From assembly GCF_000315625.1 (NCBI RefSeq), contig NW_005434652.1:426384-490383 (forward strand): a DNA stretch of 64,000 nt. The letters are read 5' to 3'. Position 1 is the first letter of the stretch; each line of letters begins with the position of its first letter. Shown one piece after another: positions 35,801 through 47,370 of the stretch. Source of the stretch: Guillardia theta CCMP2712 (Eukaryota; Protista; Cryptophyta). Below the pieces are notes generated by a model that had not been told where the DNA came from, did not search any database, and worked only from the letters and a program-made list of their open reading frames with translations. The position numbers were made by a program, and so were the translations under genes.

Positions 35801-36300
35801 CGCTTGTGAAGTTGTTCCAGATCTCAGGGGCAGGCAAGGAGAAGCATACCTGCCCGAGCAGGAAGGTACTTGAGACCGCGAGCATGGCGCCTACAAGCCT
35901 CCTGATCCCCTTCAGATCACGAAGCTCAGAGAATTTCTGCCTCCTGTCGCCGATGTGGACAAGAAGATTCTCTTCGGACGCAGCTGCCTAGCAAGCAACG
36001 GCCGGTACGCCATCCTGGCCCAGGTCGAGCAGCAGCCTCGCCTTCCTCCCTCCTTCTGAGCGGAGCACCGCAGGGCTTCCGCGTGTACATCTGGCAGCTG
36101 AAAACGGGATCGGCCGTCGCCATGATCGAGGTAGGAACCTTGGCTGAATGCTGGATGTGAGCCCAGGAGATCTCTGCTGACTCCCTGCTGCTCAGCACGG
36201 GCCGAAGTCTGAGTTCCTTTCCCTCCTCCTTCATCCCCAGAAGAAGATACTGTGGCTGGGAACGGCGGCAGGGATGGTCGAGCACTTCCGGCAGGAGTGA
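32874..36300 (+). CDS. PWWP + BAH + WD40 chromatin-associated protein (multi-exon)
   Basis: LVMAKIKGFSWWPAQ (PWWP); TFRCYDCAYL...MYIVLIKEMWE...GHWIYRSSD...EVFLSDWVDCNPIESV (BAH); HDTRVTDIALSPSGVHALTCSIGGTLRLWD (WD40); last exon KKILWLGTAAGMVEHFRQE* at ~36300. Confidence 0.72.
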
Positions 36301-36370
36301 AGGGGGGAAGGGGGTGGGGGGGGAGGAGGAGGAGGAAGAGAAGGAGGAGAAGTTGGCAGGGCCATGTGTA

Positions 36371-39300
36371 TTACTTGCTAGGTTTAACGATAACATGAAA
36401 TTCTTTCCCGTTGCCCGCCAGGTGGCTGTCCCAGGAGAGCTCAAGAGAAACGTCGAGGTGCCTGACCCAGAGGTTGGTGTCGAAGAGCGGAGAAACCTGT
36501 CTTGCAAGTTCCGTCTGCCCTCTCAGCCTCTCCAATCTCTCACTCCTCCTGCTCTCCTGCCCCACCAGCGCTGACGCCACCTGCTCGTACTCCTCTAGAT
36601 TGATGGCGACCATCTCAGGCCTTCCCGCTGCTCGCATAGTCAGGAGGAGGAGCAGGAGGAGCAGGAGGAGAGTGAGAGTGGAGGGGGAAAGGAGTTTGAA
36701 AGGGGTGCATGAGAGATTGAGGAGGAAGGAAGAGCAGCAGAGGGGAAGAAGGACGAGGACGAGGAGAGGAGGGGCAGACCAGCGAGGCAGAGGGAGGCGG
36801 CGACGCGGGAGATCATGCTTTCTCGTGACAACGTGAGCATCGGAACGCCAGCCCACAGGATGTCCGTCGCAGATGTGTGCGCGTTGACTAGAGGCGTATC
36901 CTGCTCTCCGTCACAAGAGCAGCAGAAGAAGGGGAGGGGGCAGGGCGGTGGCACGAAGAGAGAGAAGGTGAAGCAAGGGGGGGGGGGAGGCTGGAAACGT
37001 GGAAGGGTGGGGGGGACGAGAAGGCAGAGATTGAGGATGAGCAGGATGAGCAGGAGCAGGAGCAAGAGCAGGAGCAGGAGTTGGAGACGGGGGAGGAGGA
37101 TTGGTACCAGGAAAAGGTCAGCAAGCGCTCCTCGCTCAAGATATTCTCTCTTAGGAAGGGTCTTTCCGAAAACGAGACGATCGCTGCTGACCTGCACAAC
37201 TTATCAGCCCTCCTGCTCCATCCCTTTTCCATCCCCTTCCCGCCCTCTCTGCTGTCTGTCATAATCTCTCAATTTCCCCCTCCTCATCATCATCTCCCCT
37301 CCTTCATTCTCAGTGTCCTCCTCCTCCTCCTCCCCTTCCTCCTCCTCCTCCTCGCAGACTGACCCCGCGGGCAATGGCCTCTTTGCGGATATTCTCCACA
37401 GCAACCGGAGGAAACTCGAGGAGCCAGAGCAAGGCATGAGGATGTTGCTTGAGGATTTTCATCCAAGTCTGAAAGACGAGAGGATCGATCTGAAACAAGT
37501 CAGCTCCTCCTCCTCCTCCTCCTCCTCCTCCTCCTCCTCCTCCTCATCTCGCATCATCACCTTGTACAGCTGGTTGAAGCAGGCCAGCAGGATCCCATGG
37601 GCCGGAAGCTCCGCAAAGTTCTTCCTGCTCACCCTGGAGCTGGGGATATCTGCCCAGCTGGGCTGCTGCCGGTGGTCATTGCAGAAGTAGCTGTGCGGGA
37701 GCAGGAGAAGTTTCTCGCTGAAGTGAGACTGAAAGTCCGGAGGAGCAACGACTCGGTCGGCGATCATGTGCTGCATGTACGGCGCCCCGGTGCTCGCGCA
37801 GAACCCTGAAGAGAGGATGAGAAGAGGAGGAGCAGGAAGAGGCAAGGAGGCAGAAGAAGGAGAAGAAAAGGAGGGAGAGGAGGAGGCAGGGATGCAGAAA
37901 GAGGAGGAGCAGTATACTGTTATAGTGGCGGAGGTGGGAGAGAGAAGGTGATGGTGGTGGTGGTGGTGGACCATGAGGGTTAGGAAAGGATGGAAAGGGT
38001 GGAAAAGAGGGGAGGAGGGGGAAGGAGAAAGGTATACCCATGTAGGACGTTTGCAATTCACTCGGCTGGAAGGAAAGCGAACGAGTAAAAGGAGAAATCG
38101 ATTTTACAATCGACATGAAGTGATCATACAAAGCCAAACAGAAGAAAACAAAGTACAGGAAAAGAGCTGAACCAAGCAAAAGGGAGGGAAGGGAGAGGAG
38201 AGGAGAGGAGAGGAGAGGAGAGGAGGGGAGAGGAGAGGAGGGGAGAGGAGAGGAGAGGAGAGGAGAGGAGGGGAGGGGAGAGGAGAGGAGAGGAGAGGAG
38301 AGGAGAGGAGAGGAGAGGGTTCAAGACAACACATTTCTAAAAGCAGGCATTCATCTCCAACCTTGGACGCAAAGACCTCGTTGGCCCGTTCCCCCCCTCC
38401 AGTGTAGCCGACCAGATCGATCAGCACGTGGATTTTCTTCTTGTTGACCACCTTCGCTCCTTGTACTCCTGACTGCATCTTTCAACGCTCGACCTCCAAG
38501 GAGGAGAAAAATCGCCTGAGACAGACGAGATGTCGATGAAGTGCGACTTGCCCATGGCGCCTCGAATCTCCCGAGCAGATGTCAAAAGGGGGGGGGGGGG
38601 GGGCGGGAGAGAGGAGATGATGACGGAGATGATGACGATGACGATGACGATGATGAAGTAGAAGAAAGAACGAGTGAAGAGAAATGAAGCAAGACATCAG
38701 GGCTAACGAGGGGACAGGAGAGAGACGGAGTTGAGTAGCAGAAAGGGGGACGAGGAACAGGAAAACCCAGGGAGGAGGGGAAGGACTCAACAGCTCCTGA
38801 CCTTGTTCCGCCATATTGGATCTCCCGGGTCATTATCCCCATTGAGAGCGAAGACAAATGCTTCGATCTGATGCAGGCAAGCTCAGACCCTCGTTTGCAA
38901 CCACCAGGACACGCTCCTCTCCTCTTCCTCCCCTCCTCCCTCTGCTCCTCTTCCTGACTCTCATGGTCATCTCCCTCCTCCTCCTCCCTTTCCTTGTCCA
39001 TCAATTCCTCCTCGACCAACAAGAAACTTGCAGACCTTCTGGCCGTGGCTGCTGAAGACGCTGCTCATGAGGTGGGAAAGGGAGTGGTCGCCGATGTTCG
39101 AGGACACCCACCCGACCTGGGACGAGCTCAGCTCCTGTGGAGTAGCAGCAGCAGCACCCACCCGCAGCTTCTTCTTGCTCGTCAGCGCTATCGTCGTTTT
39201 CATCGGCTTCGGCAGAAGGCTTCTTGTCAACCTGATCGCCCTTGCCGCATATGACCTGCTCCATCTCAGCCTTCTCCTTCGTCGCTCTCCCTGCTCCTCC

Positions 39301-41197
39301 TCCCCCCTCTCTCCTCCCTCCTCTCTCCTCCCTCCTCCCTCCTCCCTCCTCCCTCTACCTAGCCACCAGTAACATCTGGTCGACGCTGAGGGGATAGACA
39401 AGAGCATGGAACGGCTTCACGAAGAGCGGCTGACCCCCCGACTCCAGCTCACGTGCTAGCTGCTTCTGCAGCTTGGCGAACTGGGTGGACCACTCGTCCC
39501 ACTTGCATGTGTGTCTGCAGAGACCCAAGTGAGGAGGGAGGGCGTAGAAGAAAGATCTTACTGTAGAGCATGGACCAGGTCGTTCAGCGCTTCCCAGTAC
39601 GTCGGGCGGATGGACTGCCAGCACAGTGTGAGACGCTCATGGCCTGGGGGAGGGCGGTTTCTCACCAGAGCCTTCTTGTACATCTTGATCGCTTCATCCC
39701 ACCGGTTCAGATGCTTGTAAGTGTCCCCGAGGCACCTGGCCGACGGCCGTCACTCCCCAGCTGACAACTAGCCACCTCCTCAGCATCACTTTGGCGCTTC
39801 GGCCAGCAGCGGGTTCAGCTTCATGGACTCCTTGAAGGCGACGACGGCAGCCTTGTAGTCTCCAAGGTCGGACAGAACGATCCCAAGGTTTGCCTGCCCT
39901 TCCGAGAACGATCGCTCCTGACGTCGGCACCCGTCAGCGGTCCTGCCCTCCTCTCCCTCCCCCTCCTACTTTGAGGCCAGCTGAGAGAAGGTTGCGAGCG
40001 CGCACTAGCTGCCCCTGCCCCCAGAAGATCATCCCAAGGCTCATGTAAGCCTCCGCCATCCTGCCAGCGCACGATCAGAGCACCAGCGATCCATCATGAT
40101 AGCGCGTGCCTTCGATCTAGCCGAATCGCCTTGGCAAGATGGACCATAGCACCGGGAATGTCTTTTTCCTCCGAGTAAACCGTTCCCGCAAGCAGCTCGC
40201 CGAGGAAGTAGTGGAAGGATGCCTGGTGAGGAGCGAGCCTGATCCCCGTCTGAGTAGCAGGCAGAGTCACTCATGACGCTCCTTCAGCCTGTCAAGGAGT
40301 ACCCGAATCGCCCTCTGAGCCATCTTGATATTCCCTGAGTTCTTGTAGGCGTTTGCAAGCTCATGGTAGAGCGACGGGTTCTGCACGGGGCTGGAGGAGA
40401 TTGCTTTCTGTATGGCCTTGACCCCTGACGACGTGTCTCCTCTGCACCCACCGACAGTCAAGAGAAGACAGGAAATACTCCGACGTCTCTACCTCGCTTG
40501 CAGCATTCGAGCCAAGTTAGCATGCCCTTCAGGGGCAGATGGACTCAACTTCACCACCATCTACACGATCATCTCAGCACAGCAGAACGCATGACACTCT
40601 CCTCACCTTGTATGCATCTTCTGCCTTGTTGATCTTTTGCAATCCGGAGTATGCGTTCCCCAACTTACATGCAGTCAATTCAAGCAGGGGGGTGATGTCT
40701 CATCAGCAGACCTGGTTGTAGGCAGCGACGAAAGTAGGATTGAGCTTGACGGAAATTTGCAGCTCTTGTACAGCGTCTGCCAGAACTTTCTTGTTCCCCT
40801 TTGCTGAGTCGTACAGAGTGCTTCCAACGCCAAAGTAAGCTTCAGAATATGTCGGAACAAGCTTGATGGCGTCTTTGAAGAAGCGAAGGGCTTCATCATG
40901 CCGATGTTGGTTCATCTGAGTGAGCCCATAGTTGTACAAGGCAAGTGATGAATCGGGGTACAACTCTATCGCTCTCATGTAGCAGCTCTCGGACACTTGA
41001 TAATCGTTCCCAAAGTACTTGTTCCCGGCAACCATCAGCTCTTCGAGCGATGGCTTCTTCCCTACTGGGCAAGGCGAAGACGACTGTCCTCTTGCCATCT
41101 TCTTCTTCTCCCCTGGCGGCTTCTTCCCTCTGCGCTTCTCCCCCATCGCCATCGCCATCGTCCACACCGCCACCATGATCCACCATTTCCCTCGCAT
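36371..41197 (-). CDS. OGT: TPR-containing O-GlcNAc transferase (GT41, OGT/SECRET AGENT type)
   Basis: TPRs at 41050-39550; VKPFHALVYP; VGWVSSNIGDHSLSHLM; IHVLIDLVGYT; TGAPYMQHMIADRVV...SEKLLLLPHSYFCNDH; FNQLYKIDP; DTPLVNAHTSATDILWAGVPMLTL; SPLFDT. Confidence 0.92.
38190..38318. repeat. (GAGAG)n microsatellite in an OGT intron
   Basis: Direct pentamer array. Confidence 0.95.
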
Positions 41198-41550
41198 CCC
41201 CACCAGTCCTCCGCTGAGGCGGGTTGCTCTCTTGCAAGGCGTGCAAGGCGTGTGGAACAGTGGGCAATTCAAACGTGAACCATCTGAACTTGACTCAGCA
41301 TAGCAGGGCCTAGCCTGTAGGCTGCAGCCCCGGAGGTTGCCAGGCCCCGGGCCTGGGCTGCCATTTGGCCCGTGTCTTGTGACTAGACTTCAACGGGGAC
41401 AAGTCCGCGCCTGACTTCCCAGCGCCGGGGCAGACCGGACTCCGAGACTCTGGGATTTCAATCATTCACGAATCAGGAATGGTTGCAATCCAATCTAGCA
41501 GTGAAGTTGCTTTTATACACTTGTCGTCGCTAGACGGGTAGAAGATTGAT

Positions 41551-43460
41551 TTACAGCTCTTGCTTCACAGGTTCTGCTCCTGCAGGCTGCTGCAAGCTTT
41601 TGGATGCTACATTTCTAGAGAGCAGAGTTCCATTGTACCTGGCAGACAGGCTCATTCCCCCCCTCACTTGCATACACCAACACGCTGGTACCCGTCAAAG
41701 TCAAGCCTGACAAGCACTTGGGTGACATTGAATCCTCTGTCTCCTCCCCAGTCCTTGGCCACATGGAGCTCTGCATACTGACTGCGGAAGTCTACCCAGC
41801 TGGCAACAACGCCTGGAAAGCTGCGAGCAGCTTAGGAGGAGGGAGTACGACCGTCCGCGTGTGCTTCACCTGTCGATCACACCCTTGACGTGGGTTTGAC
41901 AAGCTTCGCATCCCATGCCCTCAACCTTGAGCGCGATGATCTCCAGGTTCTCCCCTGGCGGGGCGAGTGGGGGCCCACCGGAGAGGACTAGGAGCTCCGG
42001 GAGGAACGTGAGGACTGCGAGGGAGGGCGTTACAAGGGGAGGAGGACAGCCATCTCACAGCACATACCGACAAACACCAACGTGAAGAGCATCAGGCGCG
42101 AGCGGTTCCAGCCCCGTCTCAGCGCCAGGACCCACTGCAAGGATAGCCAGGTGATGGTCAGGAACCTGATCTGTGTCCTGTAAGGGCCGAGGATCTTGTT
42201 CATCCCCGTGCATCCGATGTGAGCGATGTTCAACGTTGCCAGGAGGTTCGCGCCGAGCTGGAGGAGGCAGCAGCTGCTGCCCAGCAGTCCGGCAGAGAGG
42301 CACTGCAGCCAGTCGAGCAAGGAGGCAGCTGCGTGAAGGTAAGAACAGAGGAGTCTACATGACGGGAGACGCACTTGCTTTCGGTGTAGAAGCCTTGTCC
42401 TGCTCCTTCGCACTCTCGCCGTTGACATGCTTGTCCTCGGCAGGAGCGTTGTCGTTTTCGAATGAAATGATCTCTGTGGGAAATCCGGCTGCTGTGACTT
42501 TCTGAGCCGCTTCTGTCACAAGTTTGACGCCCTCGAACTTGTCTTTGACATACAGGGTAGCCGTGGCTTTCTCAACTGAGACATCGTCCGTCACGATGCC
42601 TTCTATGCTATCAAACACTCCACGGACGGTGTTGGCGCAACTGATACATCCCATAGCCTTCGGCTTGAAATGCACGACGACCGTGGCACCTGTCCCGTCG
42701 CGCTCCCCGCGCTCCTTTACCTCTCCATCCTTCTGCTGAGAGCGAGTCATCTTGGCTCCTAGGTACAAGATTTCTGGGCTCATAGTGACGACGATCGAGA
42801 TCAGGGAGGCAACCATGGTCGTGAATCTCTGATGAGGGATCGGAAAGTTGATGTACCAGGCGAAGGACTGGGCGATGACCGTGGAAGCGAGCAGGTGGGG
42901 CCGGAGAGGTCCAAGGGCACTGAAGGGTTGTCAGGGCAAGGCAGGAGAATCTGGATGATGGCTCACGTGTTGAATCCAGCACACCCCAGCGACATCGCAT
43001 TCAACAGCACCTGCCATCCCAGTCTCATACGCGACCTTATCTCACTTCTCCCACCTGTATCAGACAGCAGGACGAACTCAGCAGCCCCAGGACGCTCCAC
43101 CTGCGCCATAACGCATGAGCAGGTGACGATGATACAAGGAGAGAAAGCTCAGGGCCATACCATGCGTATCTATGTGCGGTCCTAAGGACCTGAAGCTTCA
43201 GCCATTCAAAGGCATCCTGAACTCTCCGCCGTCAGCAGCATGCCTCCTCCCACCACCACGGATCACCTCGTAGACCTCCCGGACTGCATGTATGTGATAT
43301 CCCACGGCGATCTGCAGTACAAACTTCAACAAGAACTCAAGTGCCAGAGGTTTCTCACGATGCAAACTTGGACCAACAAACTAGCACATGCCCTGAGGAG
43401 AAAGATCATTTACGAAGCAACGATCCAACAGACAACACATTCGCATGAAGCCTTCATCCG
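41551..43460 (-). CDS. Heavy-metal transport/binding membrane protein, [Cys-Cys membrane domain + HMA] x2; 5' end uncertain
   Basis: GLLSSSCCLIQ|VLLNAMSLGCAGFNT..LGPLRP, HMA AMGCISCANTV, second GLLGSSCCLLQLGANLL..GCTGMNKILGP, second HMA KVEGMGCEACQTHV; last exon ...AEPVKQEL*. Confidence 0.8.
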
Positions 43461-44687
43461 TGACTAGGTGCAACCTCTGCATCCCTGTAACAAGAGGGCT
43501 GTTAGAGCGTTCATCATCCTCGTTGTAAACTTCCAATTCCGTCTAACAAGGACGTGCCACAAACTTCTGCCCCTGAGAGAACCTCGAGTTTGTTCTTCTG
43601 GCCGTCTCTTCAATGGATTGGCAAGTTCGTCTTATCTCATCTTGTGCTTCATTGCTTCGAATATCACTTTGCCCTTTGCTTCTCCTCCTCCATACTTATT
43701 GTCAAAGTCCTCCTGTCCAGATCCCACTGACGACCTGGTTCTTCCCTCGCTTCTCCCGTCTCTTCCTTTCCACCACATCACTCCTCTCATCTCTTCGAAC
43801 ATCAGTTCCATCCTTTCCTCTTCTCCCTCCTCTATCGCACCTTCCCTTCTCCCTTCCCTTCCCTTCCGTTCCCTTCACTTCCTGTCCATCTCCGAATTTC
43901 CTGGTGGACCACCGTGTCGCTTTCACTTATGAGTCTGGACGCACCACCCCTACCCCCAAATTTCAAATCTCCCTACCCAGCGAAATCCGTCCGGTCATGC
44001 TGGACCCTGCCCCCCTGCCCAGCGCGCAACACCTGACGATGCTCCCATGGCTCCTCCTCCTCTCCTCTGACCTCTCCTCTCCTTGATAACTTCATCTCTG
44101 TCGTACCTCTGCTCCTTCTCCTCTCGCTCCTTCTGCCCCTTCTCTCGAAAATCTCACCACTTCCCGTTGCGTCTACCCTTCCGCTCTTACTCCCTTAAAG
44201 TGATCTCCCCCTCCCCTACGTGTTCTTCCCTCCTCTGCACGTTCTTCCCTGTTCTATCTCCCTCGTCCCTGCTTTTCCCTACATCTTTACATTCTTCTTT
44301 GAATCTCGACCACCTCCATTCATGTTTATGAACCTTTCCCCTTTCCCAAATCTTTCATCGAATACCTTCAGATTTCAACCCTCTTGCTCAAATCCTCTAT
44401 CATGTGCCTCCTTCCCGCTTGAAGTGTTTCTTCTGAAGCGTTTCTTCCAATTATTGTTCTGGTTGTCTCGGGCGGTGATTACAATTGAATCTTGTAACTG
44501 AACTTGGAGCAGATGAAATATTCAGCAAACCAAGAACTCACTGCTGATCAAGACCGCCATCGTCGTGTCTCACTACCACGATAGATACAGAATGCTGCTG
44601 CAAGGAGATAAAATGCTCTTGACGAAGTTTATCATACTAAGCTTACATCTTTTGCTGATCTTGCAAGTATCAGAAGAGAATGCCGTG

Positions 44688-47370
44688 ATGAAATCTGATT
44701 CCGACTACAAATCCCTTATGTTCCCAACAAAAACGCTCGAGAACTCTCAACCTTCATTTGGGATAAGAGAAAAATCAACCACGGCCGCGGACCAGTCTTT
44801 GAAACGGCAAAGGCCTGAGTATTCAGACAGCCATGATCAACATAGGGGGAAAAGATTGGGCCAGGGGACGCCAGTCCGCGTTGTCAAGAAGAGGCTTGGT
44901 ACATAACTCTTCCCCCTTGTCGCCCGATGATCCCTTGGCGAATTTCTTGCAGAGCGAGGATTTCGATCGAATAGGAGAAGTGACCTGAGAAATCGAAAAG
45001 TTCCAGCTGGTTGGGATATGTGCCGGTATACATCACCGATATGTTCTCAAGAGACTGATGTGCATCGCTGCTAGCAAATTTGGAGAGCCGGTTGGAGGTA
45101 GCAAGATGTTTTCAATGAAGGTAATTCGTTGTGATCCATTGCGGGATGGCCCCATACAGACTGCACGTGCGACAGGTCCCCCTTTGTGCAGACTACAGGA
45201 TGAATCCTGCGGACAAGTGCGACCGCAGCTGTTCTTTTTGTAGCGCTCGTGAGTTCGATGACGGCAGGTTCACCCCCGCGGATTGCCTTGAGATGCTGAG
45301 GGCTCAGAATCGGGATCTGGGACTAGTCGTGGATCTTACATTCAGTGATAGATATTATGACGGGTAAGTGGACATATGTCCAAGAACGAAGGATATTTCT
45401 GGCTGCTCTTCGCCTGCTTCCTTGAGCTGAAGTTTGACTTGTTGCAGGAGAGAGTTCTCTATGAGGGGGGTGGAGGTGATCAAAATCAGAGAGTGCGGCC
45501 ATGGGGTTATCCCAAATAGAAAGAATGTGGTTGCCTTCATGAATCTGGTGAAGGTATGAAAGAAAACTCCCGTGCAAGCGTATCTCAAACGTGTTTCCTA
45601 GGCATTCACAGCAAGAAAGCCGGACAAGTACATCGCCGTCCACTGCACTCATGGCCTGAATCGCTCAGGCTACTACATCGTGAGTTTCCTGATCGAGGTA
45701 AACGCCGTGAGCGACGAGTCTCTTGGTGAACTCAATCGAAGGTTTTGCACTTCACCCTCGAACAAGCCATGGCAGCATTCACGCAGGCATCACCGCCCGG
45801 GTTGTGGGACAATGAGTATATCCTTGCCCTGTACAAGCAGCACAACGCTGGAGTTCCCGTGAGTCTACCAGGGAATCCACCATGGCGAGCAAACAAGACC
45901 CATGCGCGGTCCAACTTTGGGGGGAAGATTCAAACACGCAAACAAGAATTTCTTGCTTCAAGCTCGGTGAAAAGAAGTCCTGTGCAAGTTGGTCAGCTTG
46001 CCAATATGACAAACGGTTTCTTCACGGGTAAATTGTAGATTGAAGAGTCAGACTGTTCCGTTTGACCTATTTCTCCAACAGCAAGAGAAAAAGCATTTCC
46101 ACCAAGAAGCGTGGTGATCCTAAGAGGACTGCCGGGGAGCGGCAAAAGTACTATGGCATCGAAACTTGCAGTCAGGAGGGCCCCGAACAGGACATCTACC
46201 AAGGGAGGCGCTTCAATGCAGAGGGAAGGGAGCGATTCGAAGGTGGTGTGTTCCTCAGATCATTTCTTCTACGTCGATGGAAATTACTCCTTCGACTTGG
46301 CCCGCATCGGGGAAGCGCATCAGGTGCGTTTGCCCGACGTAACTTCTCCCACCTGATGTCAAACGTGTCCCACCCCAACAGAAGTGCATGCAAGCCTTCA
46401 TCCTGGCTGTTCAGAGCGAGGTGGACCTGATCGTCGTAGACAACACGCACAGGTACCTAACGTGCTGCACCGTCGATTGTGGCTCAGCGCGGAGGTTTCC
46501 AGTTGCCTCTGGGAGTATGAGAATTACAAGCTGCTGGCTCAAGGGTACGGGTACCAAGTGGAGGTTGACCGGCCTCGTGATGTGCCACGTCACTTTCTTG
46601 TTCTGAACGCTGCCCAAGGTGATTGAGCTCGTCTGCCCTGACCTAGACTCCGCGAGGATGTTCTGCTCCCGTAGCAGGCACGATGTCCCTTGGACCGTCG
46701 CACACAGGCAGGAGCTCTTGCAGCCTGCTTGAGAGCATGCTGTTGACTTGCTCCCGGACAGGATGTGGCAGAGATGGGAGCCTGACCCAGCGGCCAAGTA
46801 CATCTACCCAGAAGCGACAGAACAGCAGACGCAGAAAGAGCGCGTCCCTCACGAGGGAAGGGAAAGGAGAGAGTGTCCGAGTGGAGTCAACCCAGCTGGG
46901 AAGCAGGTGGGAGGTGACGTTGGGACGAATAATTCGAAGGAGGAAAGGGTGTGGCCCCGAAGGGGGTCGGGCGGGCCCGATGAAAGCATATTGCGTGCCT
47001 TCCCTTCTTTATTCCAGCCCTCCAATCGGTCGCGCATTCTCGCGCCCGGATGTCGACGCCTCCCCTCCAACAGCAGCAGCGACAGGCAGGGGAAGAGCAA
47101 CATCACCCTGGTCTTGAAGCAGGCTCATGTTCTACGATGGGTCACCGGCCTGGTCGCCAAACGGCATGTAAGAGCCGCAGCTTCTTTACGTTGTTGCCCT
47201 CCAGTTTGATCATCTCTACAGGAGGGCTCCAAGCGCTTCAGGCAGGTCATCCAGAATGGCCTCAGGACCTCTCGCTCGGTCAACGCGGGGGTTCAACTTA
47301 CTCAATCGTCGGGCGGGGAAGTGCAGACGAAATAGTTGAAGTGGCTCAGCAGGCTTTTCAAGTACTATAA
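44688..47370 (+). CDS. Fusion of a cysteine-dependent RNA 5'-triphosphatase (DUSP11/capping-TPase family) and an N4BP2/AAA_33-type P-loop polynucleotide kinase; exact start and stop uncertain
   Basis: VPAGWDMC..FGEPV..MKVPL, LGLVVDLTFSDRYYD, HCTHGLNRSGY (45641-45673); intron 46028-46081 joins in frame to VVILRGLPGSGKST, CSSDHFF, GEAHQ, IVVDNTH, WEYENY, SRHDVP. Confidence 0.85.

Noticed and set aside
44688-46038. Calling the phosphatase gene the canonical mRNA capping enzyme
   Set aside because: No guanylyltransferase (KxDG) domain follows; a P-loop kinase does.
16984-47370. Functional gene cluster (chromatin readers, OGT, glycosyltransferase, RNA enzyme)
   Set aside because: Mixed orientations and unrelated functions; adjacency in a compact eukaryotic genome is not evidence of a shared pathway.
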